DNA of 55,892 bases from a virus (Duplodnaviria > Caudoviricetes): positions 1-55,892 of IMG/VR virus record IMGVR_UViG_3300033513_000008; one strand, given 5' to 3'. The position numbers and the translations under genes are program-made. Shown in pieces: positions 29,396 through 37,733 of this stretch. How positions within the stretch are numbered: position 1 is the first letter of the stretch; the number at the start of each line of letters is the position of its first letter. The notes beneath the pieces were generated by a model that saw only the letters and a list, made by a program, of their open reading frames with translations, was not told where the DNA came from and did no database searches.

Positions 29396-29812
29396 ATGAA
29401 AACCATCAACGACGACTACAAGCATGCCTTCTTGGCTGAGAAGGCCGTGGAACGCGAGCATGAGGTCTTCCACTATCAGGTCAATATCGACAACTACACG
29501 GCGATGCTGGAAACGCTGCCCAAAGGACCGTGGCCGGAAGACATTGCGGTCTATGTCGGGACCAATCAGCAGGACGTGCCGATGGCGGTACCCCCGGAGA
29601 AGATCGATCTGGTTGCCACGTATATGTGGCGCGACCGGGTGGCTGCGCTTCTCGTGTCCGAGAAGATCGAACAGGCGAAGGCCAAGCACGTCTATGACAC
29701 AGTGCTCGCCGCCATCCCGGCCGAGAAGGTGGCTACGCTGATCCCGGCTGCGGCTGCGGATCGTACCGCCATCCTCACCGCCGCCAAGGCCGCGAAGCTC
29801 GCAGGCAAGTAA
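29396..29812 (+). CDS. hypothetical protein, possibly a fibre chaperone
   Basis: AAGGA RBS; helical; lies after the fibre genes. Confidence 0.65.
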   Translation: MKTINDDYKHAFLAEKAVEREHEVFHYQVNIDNYTAMLETLPKGPWPEDIAVYVGTNQQDVPMAVPPEKIDLVATYMWRDRVAALLVSEKIEQAKAKHVYDTVLAAIPAEKVATLIPAAAADRTAILTAAKAAKLAGK

Positions 29813-29844
29813 GTCTCCCCCATCATTCAAAAGGAATAACAAAA

Positions 29845-30123
29845 ATGGACCCGATGGTGCAATGGCTTATCGACGCCGTGATCGGCGTTATCCTGGCGAT
29901 TGGTGGAGGGTTTCTTGTCATGGTGTTTTCGATGATGCGCGATCACGTCGCCACCAATCTGCAAGAGGCGGCGAAGCTCGAAGAACTCCGCGTTCGTCTT
30001 GCCGAGAAGTATGTCATGCGAGAGGAACTGGAAAAGATGCTCGCTCCGATCTTCGTCTATCTCCGTCGTATCGAAGACAAGGTTGATGGGCGGGGCTACG
30101 GCCACCGGGAGGGAAGCGAATGA
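29845..30123 (+). CDS. holin-like membrane protein
   Basis: One N-terminal TM helix then coiled coil (YVMREEL..RIEDKVD); overlaps the endolysin start. Confidence 0.65.
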   Translation: MDPMVQWLIDAVIGVILAIGGGFLVMVFSMMRDHVATNLQEAAKLEELRVRLAEKYVMREELEKMLAPIFVYLRRIEDKVDGRGYGHREGSE

Positions 30124-30533
30124 CCTACCTCGACACCCTATTCACTCAACTCGCGGTGGATGAAGGCAAACGCAACCGGATGTACCGAGACTCCGAAGGC
30201 ATCGAAACCATCGGGATCGGACACAACCTGCGCGACAAGGCGATCAGCGAGCGCGCGATCCGCGTCATCTTCGAGGATGACGTGGCGGATGCGGAGAAGG
30301 ACGCGCGGCGCTTGCTGCCCGAGTTCGACCAGTTGAGCGACGCCCGCAAGGCCGTTGTCGTCAATATGGCGTTTAACTTAGGCTATGACCGCCTCGCTGA
30401 TTTTCACAAGACGCTCGGCTTCATCAACGCAGGCAAGTTCGACGATGCGGCCGAAGCGATGCTCGCTTCCAAGTGGGCAAGACAAGTTGGCGACCGCGCG
30501 CTTAGGCTCGCCGCCAATATGAGAAAGGGATAA
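30120..30533 (+). CDS. endolysin, T4-lysozyme-like (GH24)
   Basis: DEG.R..MY.DSEG..TIGIGHNL; VNMAFNLG; SKWARQVG.RA.RL. Confidence 0.95.
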   Translation: MTYLDTLFTQLAVDEGKRNRMYRDSEGIETIGIGHNLRDKAISERAIRVIFEDDVADAEKDARRLLPEFDQLSDARKAVVVNMAFNLGYDRLADFHKTLGFINAGKFDDAAEAMLASKWARQVGDRALRLAANMRKG

Positions 30534-30535
30534 CC

Positions 30536-31039
30536 ATGGACTTCACCGATATCGTCAAGACAATCGCACCGACTGCGGCTACGCTGCTACTCGGCCCTAC
30601 GGCGGGGTTGGCCGCAAAGTTCTTGGCCGACAAGATCGGCGTACCTCAAGCCACCGTCGATGCTGTGTCGGGCGCCGTGCAGAATATGACGGCCACGCCC
30701 GAGGGGCGCATCCGGTTGGCCGAGATCGACGCCGATCTGCGGAAGTATGCCATGGGACTCGGCCTCGAAGTCGATAGGCTGGCGGTGCAAACCTTGGAGA
30801 TCGTCAATAAGACGATTCAGACCGAGGCGATGGGCGGCGACTGGCTGCAACGCAATCACCACGCTATCGAGTCCCTTGGCTCGGTGGCGATGATGTGGTG
30901 CGTCTATTTTCTGCTGCCGATCTTCGGTAAGGCCGTGCCGGATATCCCCGGCGATGCGTGGTTGATGCTGGGCGCGATCCTCGGTGTCACCGCATGGCAA
31001 CGTGGTAAGGCGAACATCGCTACAGCCGAGAAGGGCTAG
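30536..31039 (+). CDS. holin-like protein (3TM type)
   Basis: IAPTAATLLLGP N-terminus and two C-terminal TM segments; in the lysis cassette. Confidence 0.7.
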   Translation: MDFTDIVKTIAPTAATLLLGPTAGLAAKFLADKIGVPQATVDAVSGAVQNMTATPEGRIRLAEIDADLRKYAMGLGLEVDRLAVQTLEIVNKTIQTEAMGGDWLQRNHHAIESLGSVAMMWCVYFLLPIFGKAVPDIPGDAWLMLGAILGVTAWQRGKANIATAEKG

Positions 31040-32493
31040 CCGCCCTTCTTCCAGCGCTTGCAGGCATCCAACAGGATGTCCTGCGTCTCGCGCTTCGTCT
31101 CCTGCCGTTCGATGACAAGTTCATCCACCGTCTGTCTTGCGATGATTCGGTGGATATTGCACGGCAGGGGGTTCTCCGGGTTCTCTTGGTATTGCCGCGT
31201 CGGGCCGATGCGCTCGATGATCTGCTGATAGTTTTCCAGCGACCAGTTATGCCCGAAGAAGCAAATGTTGTTGCAGACCTTCTGGAATCCATCAAGGCCG
31301 TAGCCGCCGCTCTGCGGGTGCATGAACAGCAGCGGTAGCCGGCCAGTCTTGAAGTCCTCTTCGTCGCGGTGCGTCTTCAGCACGCGGCCTTTGGGGAACG
31401 CCTTCAGCAGCCGCGCCAAGTCGGACTTGAACTCGTAGGACACGATCATCGGGGCGCCGCCTAGCTCGCTCACCAACGAGTCCAGCGCATCCACCTTTTC
31501 GTCATGGACGAGCCGCCATTCCTTCGCACGGGGATGCTCGTCACAATCGACTAAGGGATCGACATAGACGGCGCCATTCGCTATTTGCAAACACTTCTGC
31601 GTCTTCGCCGCTGCGCCGAACGCCTCGACCTGTCGATCTGCGATCTGGATGAACATTTCCTTTTCCATTTCGCGGTACAGCTTGCGGGCCTGCGGCGACA
31701 GATCGACGAAAATGTCATTGACGACTGGCGCTGCTAGATCGATATAGTCCCGGATGTCGATGGTCATGCATATATCTTTGACGGCGCTATGTATCTCGTC
31801 ACTGACGTACTCGCTTTTTGGCCCAACACTATATCCGTCGTAGCCTTTGCAGAACCAGCGCTTCAGGAAATCGGTGTGCGTGCGGCCCAGCCGCCTGCCT
31901 TTGTCCAGATACCAAAGCTGCCCCCACAGATCGCCAAGGCCATTGGGGGCCGGTGTGCCGGTCAGTTCGATGAACCGCTTTACGTGGGTCCAAGAGATAC
32001 GTGCGAGCGCCCCCGCGCGCTTGGTTCCTTGGCCGGCGAGGAACACCTTGCCGGTGGTAGAGACGCGCTCAGATATGCGGTGGCTGGCAAGGCGCCGTGC
32101 CTCGTCAGCAATGATGGTGCGGAACGGCCATCGATCCCCGTAGTGCTCGATAAGCCAAATCAAGTTGTCGTAGTTCGTGGTGAATACCGGCGAGTCGTGG
32201 CGCAGGGCAGCAAGGCGGGCCTTCTCATTCCCGACGATAGGGACGACGGGAAGGTTGCGCAGATGCTCCCATTTCAACGTCTCGTTGCTCCACACATTGC
32301 GAGCGACCCGCAAGGGGCCAAGCACGAGCGTCGGGTAATCCTCGCCGCCAAGGTATAGGGCATCAAGGTAGTTCTCCGCGATGGTAGTCTTGCCGGTGCC
32401 CATGCCGGCCCACAGAGCACACCGATCATGATCGATCAGGTGTTGCGCCATCGGGGGTTGCCACAATCGGGGAACGAATTCCTTACGGCACAT
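31036..32493 (-). CDS. SNF2-family (SF2) helicase
   Basis: MGTGKT, IIADEA, ELTGTPAPN, HPQSGGYGLD, QIIERI. Confidence 0.95.
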   Translation of the reverse strand: MCRKEFVPRLWQPPMAQHLIDHDRCALWAGMGTGKTTIAENYLDALYLGGEDYPTLVLGPLRVARNVWSNETLKWEHLRNLPVVPIVGNEKARLAALRHDSPVFTTNYDNLIWLIEHYGDRWPFRTIIADEARRLASHRISERVSTTGKVFLAGQGTKRAGALARISWTHVKRFIELTGTPAPNGLGDLWGQLWYLDKGRRLGRTHTDFLKRWFCKGYDGYSVGPKSEYVSDEIHSAVKDICMTIDIRDYIDLAAPVVNDIFVDLSPQARKLYREMEKEMFIQIADRQVEAFGAAAKTQKCLQIANGAVYVDPLVDCDEHPRAKEWRLVHDEKVDALDSLVSELGGAPMIVSYEFKSDLARLLKAFPKGRVLKTHRDEEDFKTGRLPLLFMHPQSGGYGLDGFQKVCNNICFFGHNWSLENYQQIIERIGPTRQYQENPENPLPCNIHRIIARQTVDELVIERQETKRETQDILLDACKRWKKGG

Positions 32494-32842
32494 AGCTCGC
32501 TATGATCCATCGATTGATGATGAGGATGCCTTCCGGCACAACCATCCGGCGCATCTTGCGCGCCTTGCTCTGTTGCAGCCGCTCCGCCGAGGATAGGGGG
32601 TCGGGCTTGGGGGTGTTATCGCCGGCCCCGTGCGCGTACCGTGGCGTCCAGCTATTGCGCTCCCGCTGGTGTTCCTCGCACCAGCCAATGATGTGACACG
32701 CGCCCGCATTGCGCGCGTCGTGTAGCAGCCGGCAGGCTGTCTTCCTCGAACACCCTACATACTTGGCAAGTTGCGTAGGTGTCGCGCTCTTGGGGCGAAT
32801 GAGGAACAGCGCTGCCTCTATGTGAGAAGCAATGCTAGGCAT
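32483..32842 (-). CDS. HTH DNA-binding protein
   Basis: TPTQLAKYVGCSRKTACRLL; start at an internal ATG (TGATG coupling). Confidence 0.65.
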   Translation of the reverse strand: MPSIASHIEAALFLIRPKSATPTQLAKYVGCSRKTACRLLHDARNAGACHIIGWCEEHQRERNSWTPRYAHGAGDNTPKPDPLSSAERLQQSKARKMRRMVVPEGILIINRWIIASYVP

Positions 32843-33033
32843 CACTCGTCGTGAAACTGCGGTTCTTCGCGCGGCTGTGCCGTGATGGCGGGGCGCAAGT
32901 CCTCGTCGTCCGTATCGACGCAAGTAACGTGGATCGGGTGCCGGTTGCCAAGACGGTCAAGCACAACAACCCGGTCCCCATATCCACAGCCAACTAGCGG
33001 TTTCCCACACACCCAGCAAAATGAAACTGTCAT
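32842..33033 (-). CDS. small Cys/His (Zn-finger-like) protein
   Basis: CWVCG...HVTC. Confidence 0.6.
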   Translation of the reverse strand: MTVSFCWVCGKPLVGCGYGDRVVVLDRLGNRHPIHVTCVDTDDEDLRPAITAQPREEPQFHDE

Positions 33034-33075
33034 GATACTATCCTTGAGAAAAGTCCGACCCGCCGTGAATAACTG

Positions 33076-33411
33076 TCACCTATGAACAGTTTTTGTTTTC
33101 ACCACGGCGACCGGGTTTGATCGCACGGCTTCTCTTTCCAAAGACTCATTGACCTTTGGAAGTGGTCTAAGCCACACATCGGGAAGAGGGCCACATTGTG
33201 ATGGGGTACCGACATTGCTACGTAGGGGAAAGCCTTCACTCTCGACTTCCCACATTTGGCCGAAGGCCGGCAGGTAGCAGATGAGCGCGCCTTGGTACTT
33301 GAACACGTCGGTGTGATAGCCGAGGTCGTGGATGACTTTGACGATCTTGCCTTCGTTGCCCGCCGCGCTGTGGATGATGATCGCTCTATCTCCGAGTTTG
33401 CAGTAGGTCAT
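33076..33411 (-). CDS. hypothetical phage protein (CKLGDRAII...PDVWLRPL)
   Basis: ATGA-coupled internal start. Confidence 0.65.
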   Translation of the reverse strand: MTYCKLGDRAIIIHSAAGNEGKIVKVIHDLGYHTDVFKYQGALICYLPAFGQMWEVESEGFPLRSNVGTPSQCGPLPDVWLRPLPKVNESLEREAVRSNPVAVVKTKTVHR

Positions 33412-33668
33412 GGCCTCGTCACCATGCGAACGGCGCCGTGGCAGGAACCACACAGATAGAAGTACGTAAAATCCGGCCGGCAGTATTCATGCCTTTCGAT
33501 CTCATGTACCCCGACCTCTTTCCCTGATATTGTCTCTGTCCCCCCGCGACATGGCGCTTGGTACATGATAAAAGGGTCAAGCACCTTTATCCACCGGCAG
33601 TGCCTGATGTCGTCGCTTATGGTGATGTGGTTCGGGCACTCCGGATTGTCACAGGCGTAATAGGTCAT
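33408..33668 (-). CDS. Cys-rich hypothetical protein
   Basis: CDNPEC...LCGSC; ATGA overlaps. Confidence 0.6.
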   Translation of the reverse strand: MTYYACDNPECPNHITISDDIRHCRWIKVLDPFIMYQAPCRGGTETISGKEVGVHEIERHEYCRPDFTYFYLCGSCHGAVRMVTRP

Positions 33669-33997
33669 GGCTTGCCTCCGAGTAGTTGATCCACCCCCAC
33701 CTTCGAGTCGATGACCTCGACGCGCAGGCCGAACATGCGCATGCGCTCGTGCTCGCGTTGCTGCGCGCGCTCATGGGCATTGGAGGGGAATGAGGCTTTC
33801 TTGCCGGGGGCTTTCACTTCGATCCATACGACCCAAGGTGTGTAGGTGAAGACGCCCCCGGTTGGGTGGTACGTGCAGCGCATCATCACTAAGCGATCCG
33901 GCGCCTTGCTGCGGCCGATCCACTTGACCTTGCGGACTTCGCCGCCAAGTTGTTCGACGCGCTGTATGAGGTACTCTTCGATGTCTGATTCGCGCAT
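33665..33997 (-). CDS. VRR-NUC domain nuclease
   Basis: ESDIEEYL...GG..RK...APDRL...WIEVKAPG...Q.REH. Confidence 0.9.
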   Translation of the reverse strand: MRESDIEEYLIQRVEQLGGEVRKVKWIGRSKAPDRLVMMRCTYHPTGGVFTYTPWVVWIEVKAPGKKASFPSNAHERAQQREHERMRMFGLRVEVIDSKVGVDQLLGGKP

Positions 33998-34001
33998 GAT
34001 C

Positions 34002-34268
34002 TCAGAACGGCGCGAAGGTATGATGTTGCTCGTGGTGGATGAGGGCGAGCGCTTCGTCAAAGACGCGGCCTGCGTGTGGAGTGCTGCACAGTGTTCGCCA
34101 GAAGGATTTCAGCGCTCCGCGTATAGCGGGAGGCTGGCGATGGTAGAAGCCGACCAGATCGTGCGCGGTGAATTTGGGGATGTAGTTCTCCGAGTACGTG
34201 CTCGGGAGTTTGCTGTCGTCTTCCATGTGAGCTTGGTAGTACCGCAGCATTGGAGTGTAGTCGTTCAT
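34002..34268 (-). CDS. hypothetical protein (MNDYTPML...)
   Basis: Internal ATG downstream of the promoter at 34296-34324. Confidence 0.55.
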   Translation of the reverse strand: MNDYTPMLRYYQAHMEDDSKLPSTYSENYIPKFTAHDLVGFYHRQPPAIRGALKSFWRTLCSTPHAGRVFDEALALIHHEQHHTFAPF

Positions 34269-34295
34269 GGTTGTGCCCGATAATTTCTCTTGCGA

Positions 34296-34324
34296 AGCGT
34301 AGGCGCTTCTACATCGTTTGTCAA
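34296..34324 (-). promoter_or_regulatory. sigma70 promoter with operator (34299-34312)
   Basis: TTGACA-17 nt-TACGCT on the minus strand; GTAGGCGCTTCTAC palindrome. Confidence 0.7.
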
Positions 34325-34326
34325 GG

Positions 34327-36519
34327 TCAATCTTTCCGGTAGCGGTACCCCTCGAACCCCGCTGCCGCCAACGGCATATCGGGCGCCCACTCTGGATTCT
34401 TCGCCAACAGCGCGCACATATGATCGATGTTGAACTCGGGACGATCAGGCGCAGTGGCCGGAATCTCGTCATGCACACGGAATACCATGTCGTAGCCCGC
34501 TTCGAGAATGCCGGGGATCGCGTCGAACATGAAGTCACGCGCCGTGCTTTGGGTGGCGTTCTCCACCAGCTTGCCGGTGTAGGTCTTCACCCTACCCCAT
34601 TGGTGGGAGTATTGGTTGAGGCCCAAGAAGGACAGCACGCCATCCTCCACCTTCGGTTGTGGGTAGCATAGGAACCGACCGCTTGGCAGCTTGATGCGCG
34701 TCCATGCGTTATCGCGGCGGAACTGGAACTTGCCGTACTTGAATGTTTCGCCGGGGTTGTTCGTCGCCAGTACCCAATTCTCTTGCATGTTCTTGGCGAG
34801 GGCTACTGTCTTCGGGTGTGCCGCACGCCACATGCGCTTGAACGACTCACAGACTATCACAGCCTTGCGGGACATGGGCCACGATTGCCCCTTGTCTTCG
34901 AGCCACGCCACGAAGTCCGTAGCCTCAAGGATCATGTCGTTCGGTATCGCATCCCATGCGCGATTCGCCATGTCTTCTAGGTCAAGGCCATAGACCAACG
35001 CGAACGTCACGAACGCATGGATGCCGCCCATGTAGCCCAACCCCAACTCCATGACCTTGCCAATCTTGCGCTCATCCTTCGTCACGAGTTCAACGGCGAT
35101 ACGCATCGCCTTGGCATACGCCAACTTGTAGAGGTCTGGGCCAAAGCGGGTAGGTTCTCCCTCGTCGTCCAGCGGAATTTCGATAGGTTCCCTACGCAGA
35201 ATCGCGTCGTAGATTTCCGGCCCGGTGTGCCATTTGCCGTCCGCGCCTAGCACGGTATCGTAGTCGCGGAACGCTTGCAACTTCCATTCCTCGCCGGCTT
35301 CCCATGCGAGGCCGCGCCCTTCTATGTTCGCCAAGTCAGGGACGACGAGCTTCTTGCCGGCGCCGGGGACGATGACTGATCGGATGGTGCTGGCGGTCAG
35401 CAACATGATGTCGTCAAACACGATGTCTTCGCAGCCGGCCAACATGGCGTCGATGCCGATCTCGATCTGTTTCTGTTTCAGCAAGCCCCGACTGGCGAGA
35501 TTCTGCAACTGCGGCTTGCGGCCGGCATCCCGGCGTGTGCGGCTGGCGCCATCGAATTGGATCATGCCGCGCAGCCTGCCGTCGCTATTGACGGCATTGG
35601 CAAAGGTCTTGTACTTGGCCGTGCTGGACTTGCTGGCCTGCTGGCGCATGCGCAGCAACTCGATCAACTCGGGGTCCAGATCGTCGCGCTCCACCATCTT
35701 CGTGATGGTGGATTTCGTCATGTCGGCAAGGCCGATGCCGTACTCCGCGAAAATGAACTCAATGAGTTTGTCGCGCTGGGTTGCCGCCTCCACCTGATCG
35801 CGCGTCGCCGCCTGCACGCGCTTCTTAAGGCGGGCCTGTTCGTCGTCGGTAGCGCGGATCGCGGCCTGCACCAAATCCAAATCGATGGGCACGCCTCGGT
35901 CGTTCATTTCTTGATCGAGGAACCATAGGTCGCGTTCCTTGGCGCCGGCCCCAACTTCGCCGTAGTTCCACGACGGCAGCAGGTTCCAGACCGCGCGCAT
36001 TGAGGGGATGTCCATGCGCCCATACTCAAGGAACATTTCCCAATCGAGGGGGTGCGACTCGCGCGTAGCGCGGTGCAGCTTCATGTTCTTGGGGCGGGGC
36101 TTGCAGAATAGGTGGATGAGCCGGCGCCCATCCTTGACCTTGGCGAGGTCTTGCGGGACTTGCAAGATGCCGCACAGCTTATCGAGGCTACCGGGCAGTC
36201 CGTGGGCCAGCGCCTTCACCATCGAGCAGCGCCACTTACGGATTGGTATCTCGATCTTCAGATTACCCAGCCGCAACACGTTCCTGTCGAACATGACGTT
36301 GTGGGCGATGACGAACTCGGCGCTATGCAGCAACCAGTCCAGCAACTCCAAGTCGATGGGATCGCGCTGGGTCAAGTCGATCACATACGCGGGGCCGTCG
36401 TCTATGGCGTATTGGTACGTCATGACCTCGGCGTTCTCCGCATATTTGTAGGTGCCGTGTTCGATTGGGACTTCGGAATACGTCTCCGTATCGAACCACA
36501 GCTTCTCGAATTCAATCAT
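34327..36519 (-). CDS. polA: family A DNA polymerase with a 3'-5' exonuclease domain
   Basis: DTETYS, AHNVMFD, motif A DLANIEGR, motif B RKIGKVMELGLGY, ENATQ, motif C VHDE. Confidence 0.95.
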   Translation of the reverse strand: MIEFEKLWFDTETYSEVPIEHGTYKYAENAEVMTYQYAIDDGPAYVIDLTQRDPIDLELLDWLLHSAEFVIAHNVMFDRNVLRLGNLKIEIPIRKWRCSMVKALAHGLPGSLDKLCGILQVPQDLAKVKDGRRLIHLFCKPRPKNMKLHRATRESHPLDWEMFLEYGRMDIPSMRAVWNLLPSWNYGEVGAGAKERDLWFLDQEMNDRGVPIDLDLVQAAIRATDDEQARLKKRVQAATRDQVEAATQRDKLIEFIFAEYGIGLADMTKSTITKMVERDDLDPELIELLRMRQQASKSSTAKYKTFANAVNSDGRLRGMIQFDGASRTRRDAGRKPQLQNLASRGLLKQKQIEIGIDAMLAGCEDIVFDDIMLLTASTIRSVIVPGAGKKLVVPDLANIEGRGLAWEAGEEWKLQAFRDYDTVLGADGKWHTGPEIYDAILRREPIEIPLDDEGEPTRFGPDLYKLAYAKAMRIAVELVTKDERKIGKVMELGLGYMGGIHAFVTFALVYGLDLEDMANRAWDAIPNDMILEATDFVAWLEDKGQSWPMSRKAVIVCESFKRMWRAAHPKTVALAKNMQENWVLATNNPGETFKYGKFQFRRDNAWTRIKLPSGRFLCYPQPKVEDGVLSFLGLNQYSHQWGRVKTYTGKLVENATQSTARDFMFDAIPGILEAGYDMVFRVHDEIPATAPDRPEFNIDHMCALLAKNPEWAPDMPLAAAGFEGYRYRKD

Positions 36520-36608
36520 GACAGCGCGATGTACGCGATGATGTAAGGAATCAGACTAATCAGAAGTGCGGTGATGAAGATGAGCACCGCTTTATATTTG
36601 TGTGGCAT
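36516..36608 (-). CDS. 30-aa single-TM peptide coupled to polA
   Basis: MPHKYKAVLIFITALLISLIPYIIAYIALS*; AGGAG RBS; ATGA overlap with polA. Confidence 0.6.
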   Translation of the reverse strand: MPHKYKAVLIFITALLISLIPYIIAYIALS

Positions 36609-36612
36609 TCAG

Positions 36613-36855
36613 GCTCCTAGTCCGTTAAGGCCGATTACCCGGATTCCGTGTCATTATGATTGCTGGCAGGAAAACACGTTACGCGCTGCGGAAGTGAAGC
36701 AGTTCGTGGGCACCGCCGCTTTGCCATCCGGGTCCATTACTTCGAGGCCATCCGAAGATTGGTAACACTAGGAGCTTCCCGCCCCCACTAATTCGGTAGC
36801 ATGCTTCGTCACGCTATCGAAATGCCCCTCCTATTTACTCATGCGCGGGAGGGGC
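36613..36855 (-). ncRNA. candidate structured RNA between SSB and polA
   Basis: Nested complementary segments and a C(UUCG)G hairpin (see findings). Confidence 0.45.
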
Positions 36856-36870
36856 TACGCGCCCAGCCGA

Positions 36871-37461
36871 TTAACCGAGGTCGAAGTCGTCGTCGGCCGT
36901 GCTGGTGCCATCGCCTTCTTCACTGCCGAGGTTGTCGAACTCGTCAGTGCTGGCTGCGGTCGCGCCGCCGAATGCTGTACCCTTCTCGACATACTGCACA
37001 CCGTTGAACGACGCGAACAAACCGGCGTTGGTTTTCTTCATGGCATAGATTTGCGCCAACAGGGTCACGAAGCAGCCGCGATACGGCTTGCCGTCAGCCG
37101 GCGTAAGCGGGGTCTTGTCCCGGTCAAGGACTGTCGGGCGCACCTTGGAGTGGCAGCGGAGGACCATCTTGTTATTCTGCTGCGCGTACTTGTCGTCCAT
37201 CGCCGCCTTCTGCGTTCCATCAGTATATGAGCACTTCTGTTCGTTGCTCTTGATGGAATCCCAAAAGGCTTTGGCCTTGTCGCCATAAACATCCTTTACC
37301 TCGGCGGCGATGGCCGCGCGAATCTTCTTGTCGTTCTCGCTGCCGGGTTCGATCAGCGCAGTTGCGCTAAACCGAAACTTGCCGTCCCCCTTGTAGTCCT
37401 TGGCGACGAACAGATCGTTGTAGTCCAGCAGCACTCGGTCCAGTCTTATGTTTTGTGTCAT
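36871..37461 (-). CDS. DUF2815-type ssDNA-binding protein
   Basis: FSATALI, RPTVLDRD, PYRGCFV, GVQYV..G.AFGG; acidic tail. Confidence 0.9.
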   Translation of the reverse strand: MTQNIRLDRVLLDYNDLFVAKDYKGDGKFRFSATALIEPGSENDKKIRAAIAAEVKDVYGDKAKAFWDSIKSNEQKCSYTDGTQKAAMDDKYAQQNNKMVLRCHSKVRPTVLDRDKTPLTPADGKPYRGCFVTLLAQIYAMKKTNAGLFASFNGVQYVEKGTAFGGATAASTDEFDNLGSEEGDGTSTADDDFDLG

Positions 37462-37470
37462 GTTGGTTCC

Positions 37471-37605
37471 TTACCTGAAGTATTGAGGGAACAGCTTCTT
37501 CACCGCGTAGATCGCGGCGTTGATCTCCGGTACCTTGTGCGTGCTTGCCGCAGCGATGAGGATCGCACGCGCACGGGACGGGAGAAGAGTTGCTACGGGG
37601 ATCAT
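37471..37605 (-). CDS. 44-aa hypothetical protein (MIPVATLLPS...FPQYFR)
   Basis: GGAGG RBS; ATGA coupling; own translation. Confidence 0.55.
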   Translation of the reverse strand: MIPVATLLPSRARAILIAAASTHKVPEINAAIYAVKKLFPQYFR

Positions 37606-37733
37606 AACATCGCCTCCCGTGAATACAGTGGAATGAATAACAGCCACCACGTCTCCCGCACGTAGTCGAAACGGACCTTTCCTTGAAGTTGCTTTTCTTC
37701 GCGGGAGAACACAGTCATCGTTTTGCGGATCAT
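37602..37733 (-). CDS. 43-aa hypothetical protein (MIRKTMTV...WWLLFIPLY)
   Basis: ATGA overlaps at both ends; own translation. Confidence 0.55.
   Translation of the reverse strand: MIRKTMTVFSREEKQLQGKVRFDYVRETWWLLFIPLYSREAML

Noticed and set aside
26194-31039. Diversity-generating retroelement, expected from the BPP-1-like architecture
   Set aside because: No reverse transcriptase or Avd-like ORF and no TR/VR pair differing at adenines was seen; fibre repeats differ at all base types.
36613-36855. tRNA, tmRNA or hammerhead ribozyme
   Set aside because: No GTTCRA T-loop cloverleaf and no CUGANGA/GAAA core found; kept only as an unclassified structured RNA.
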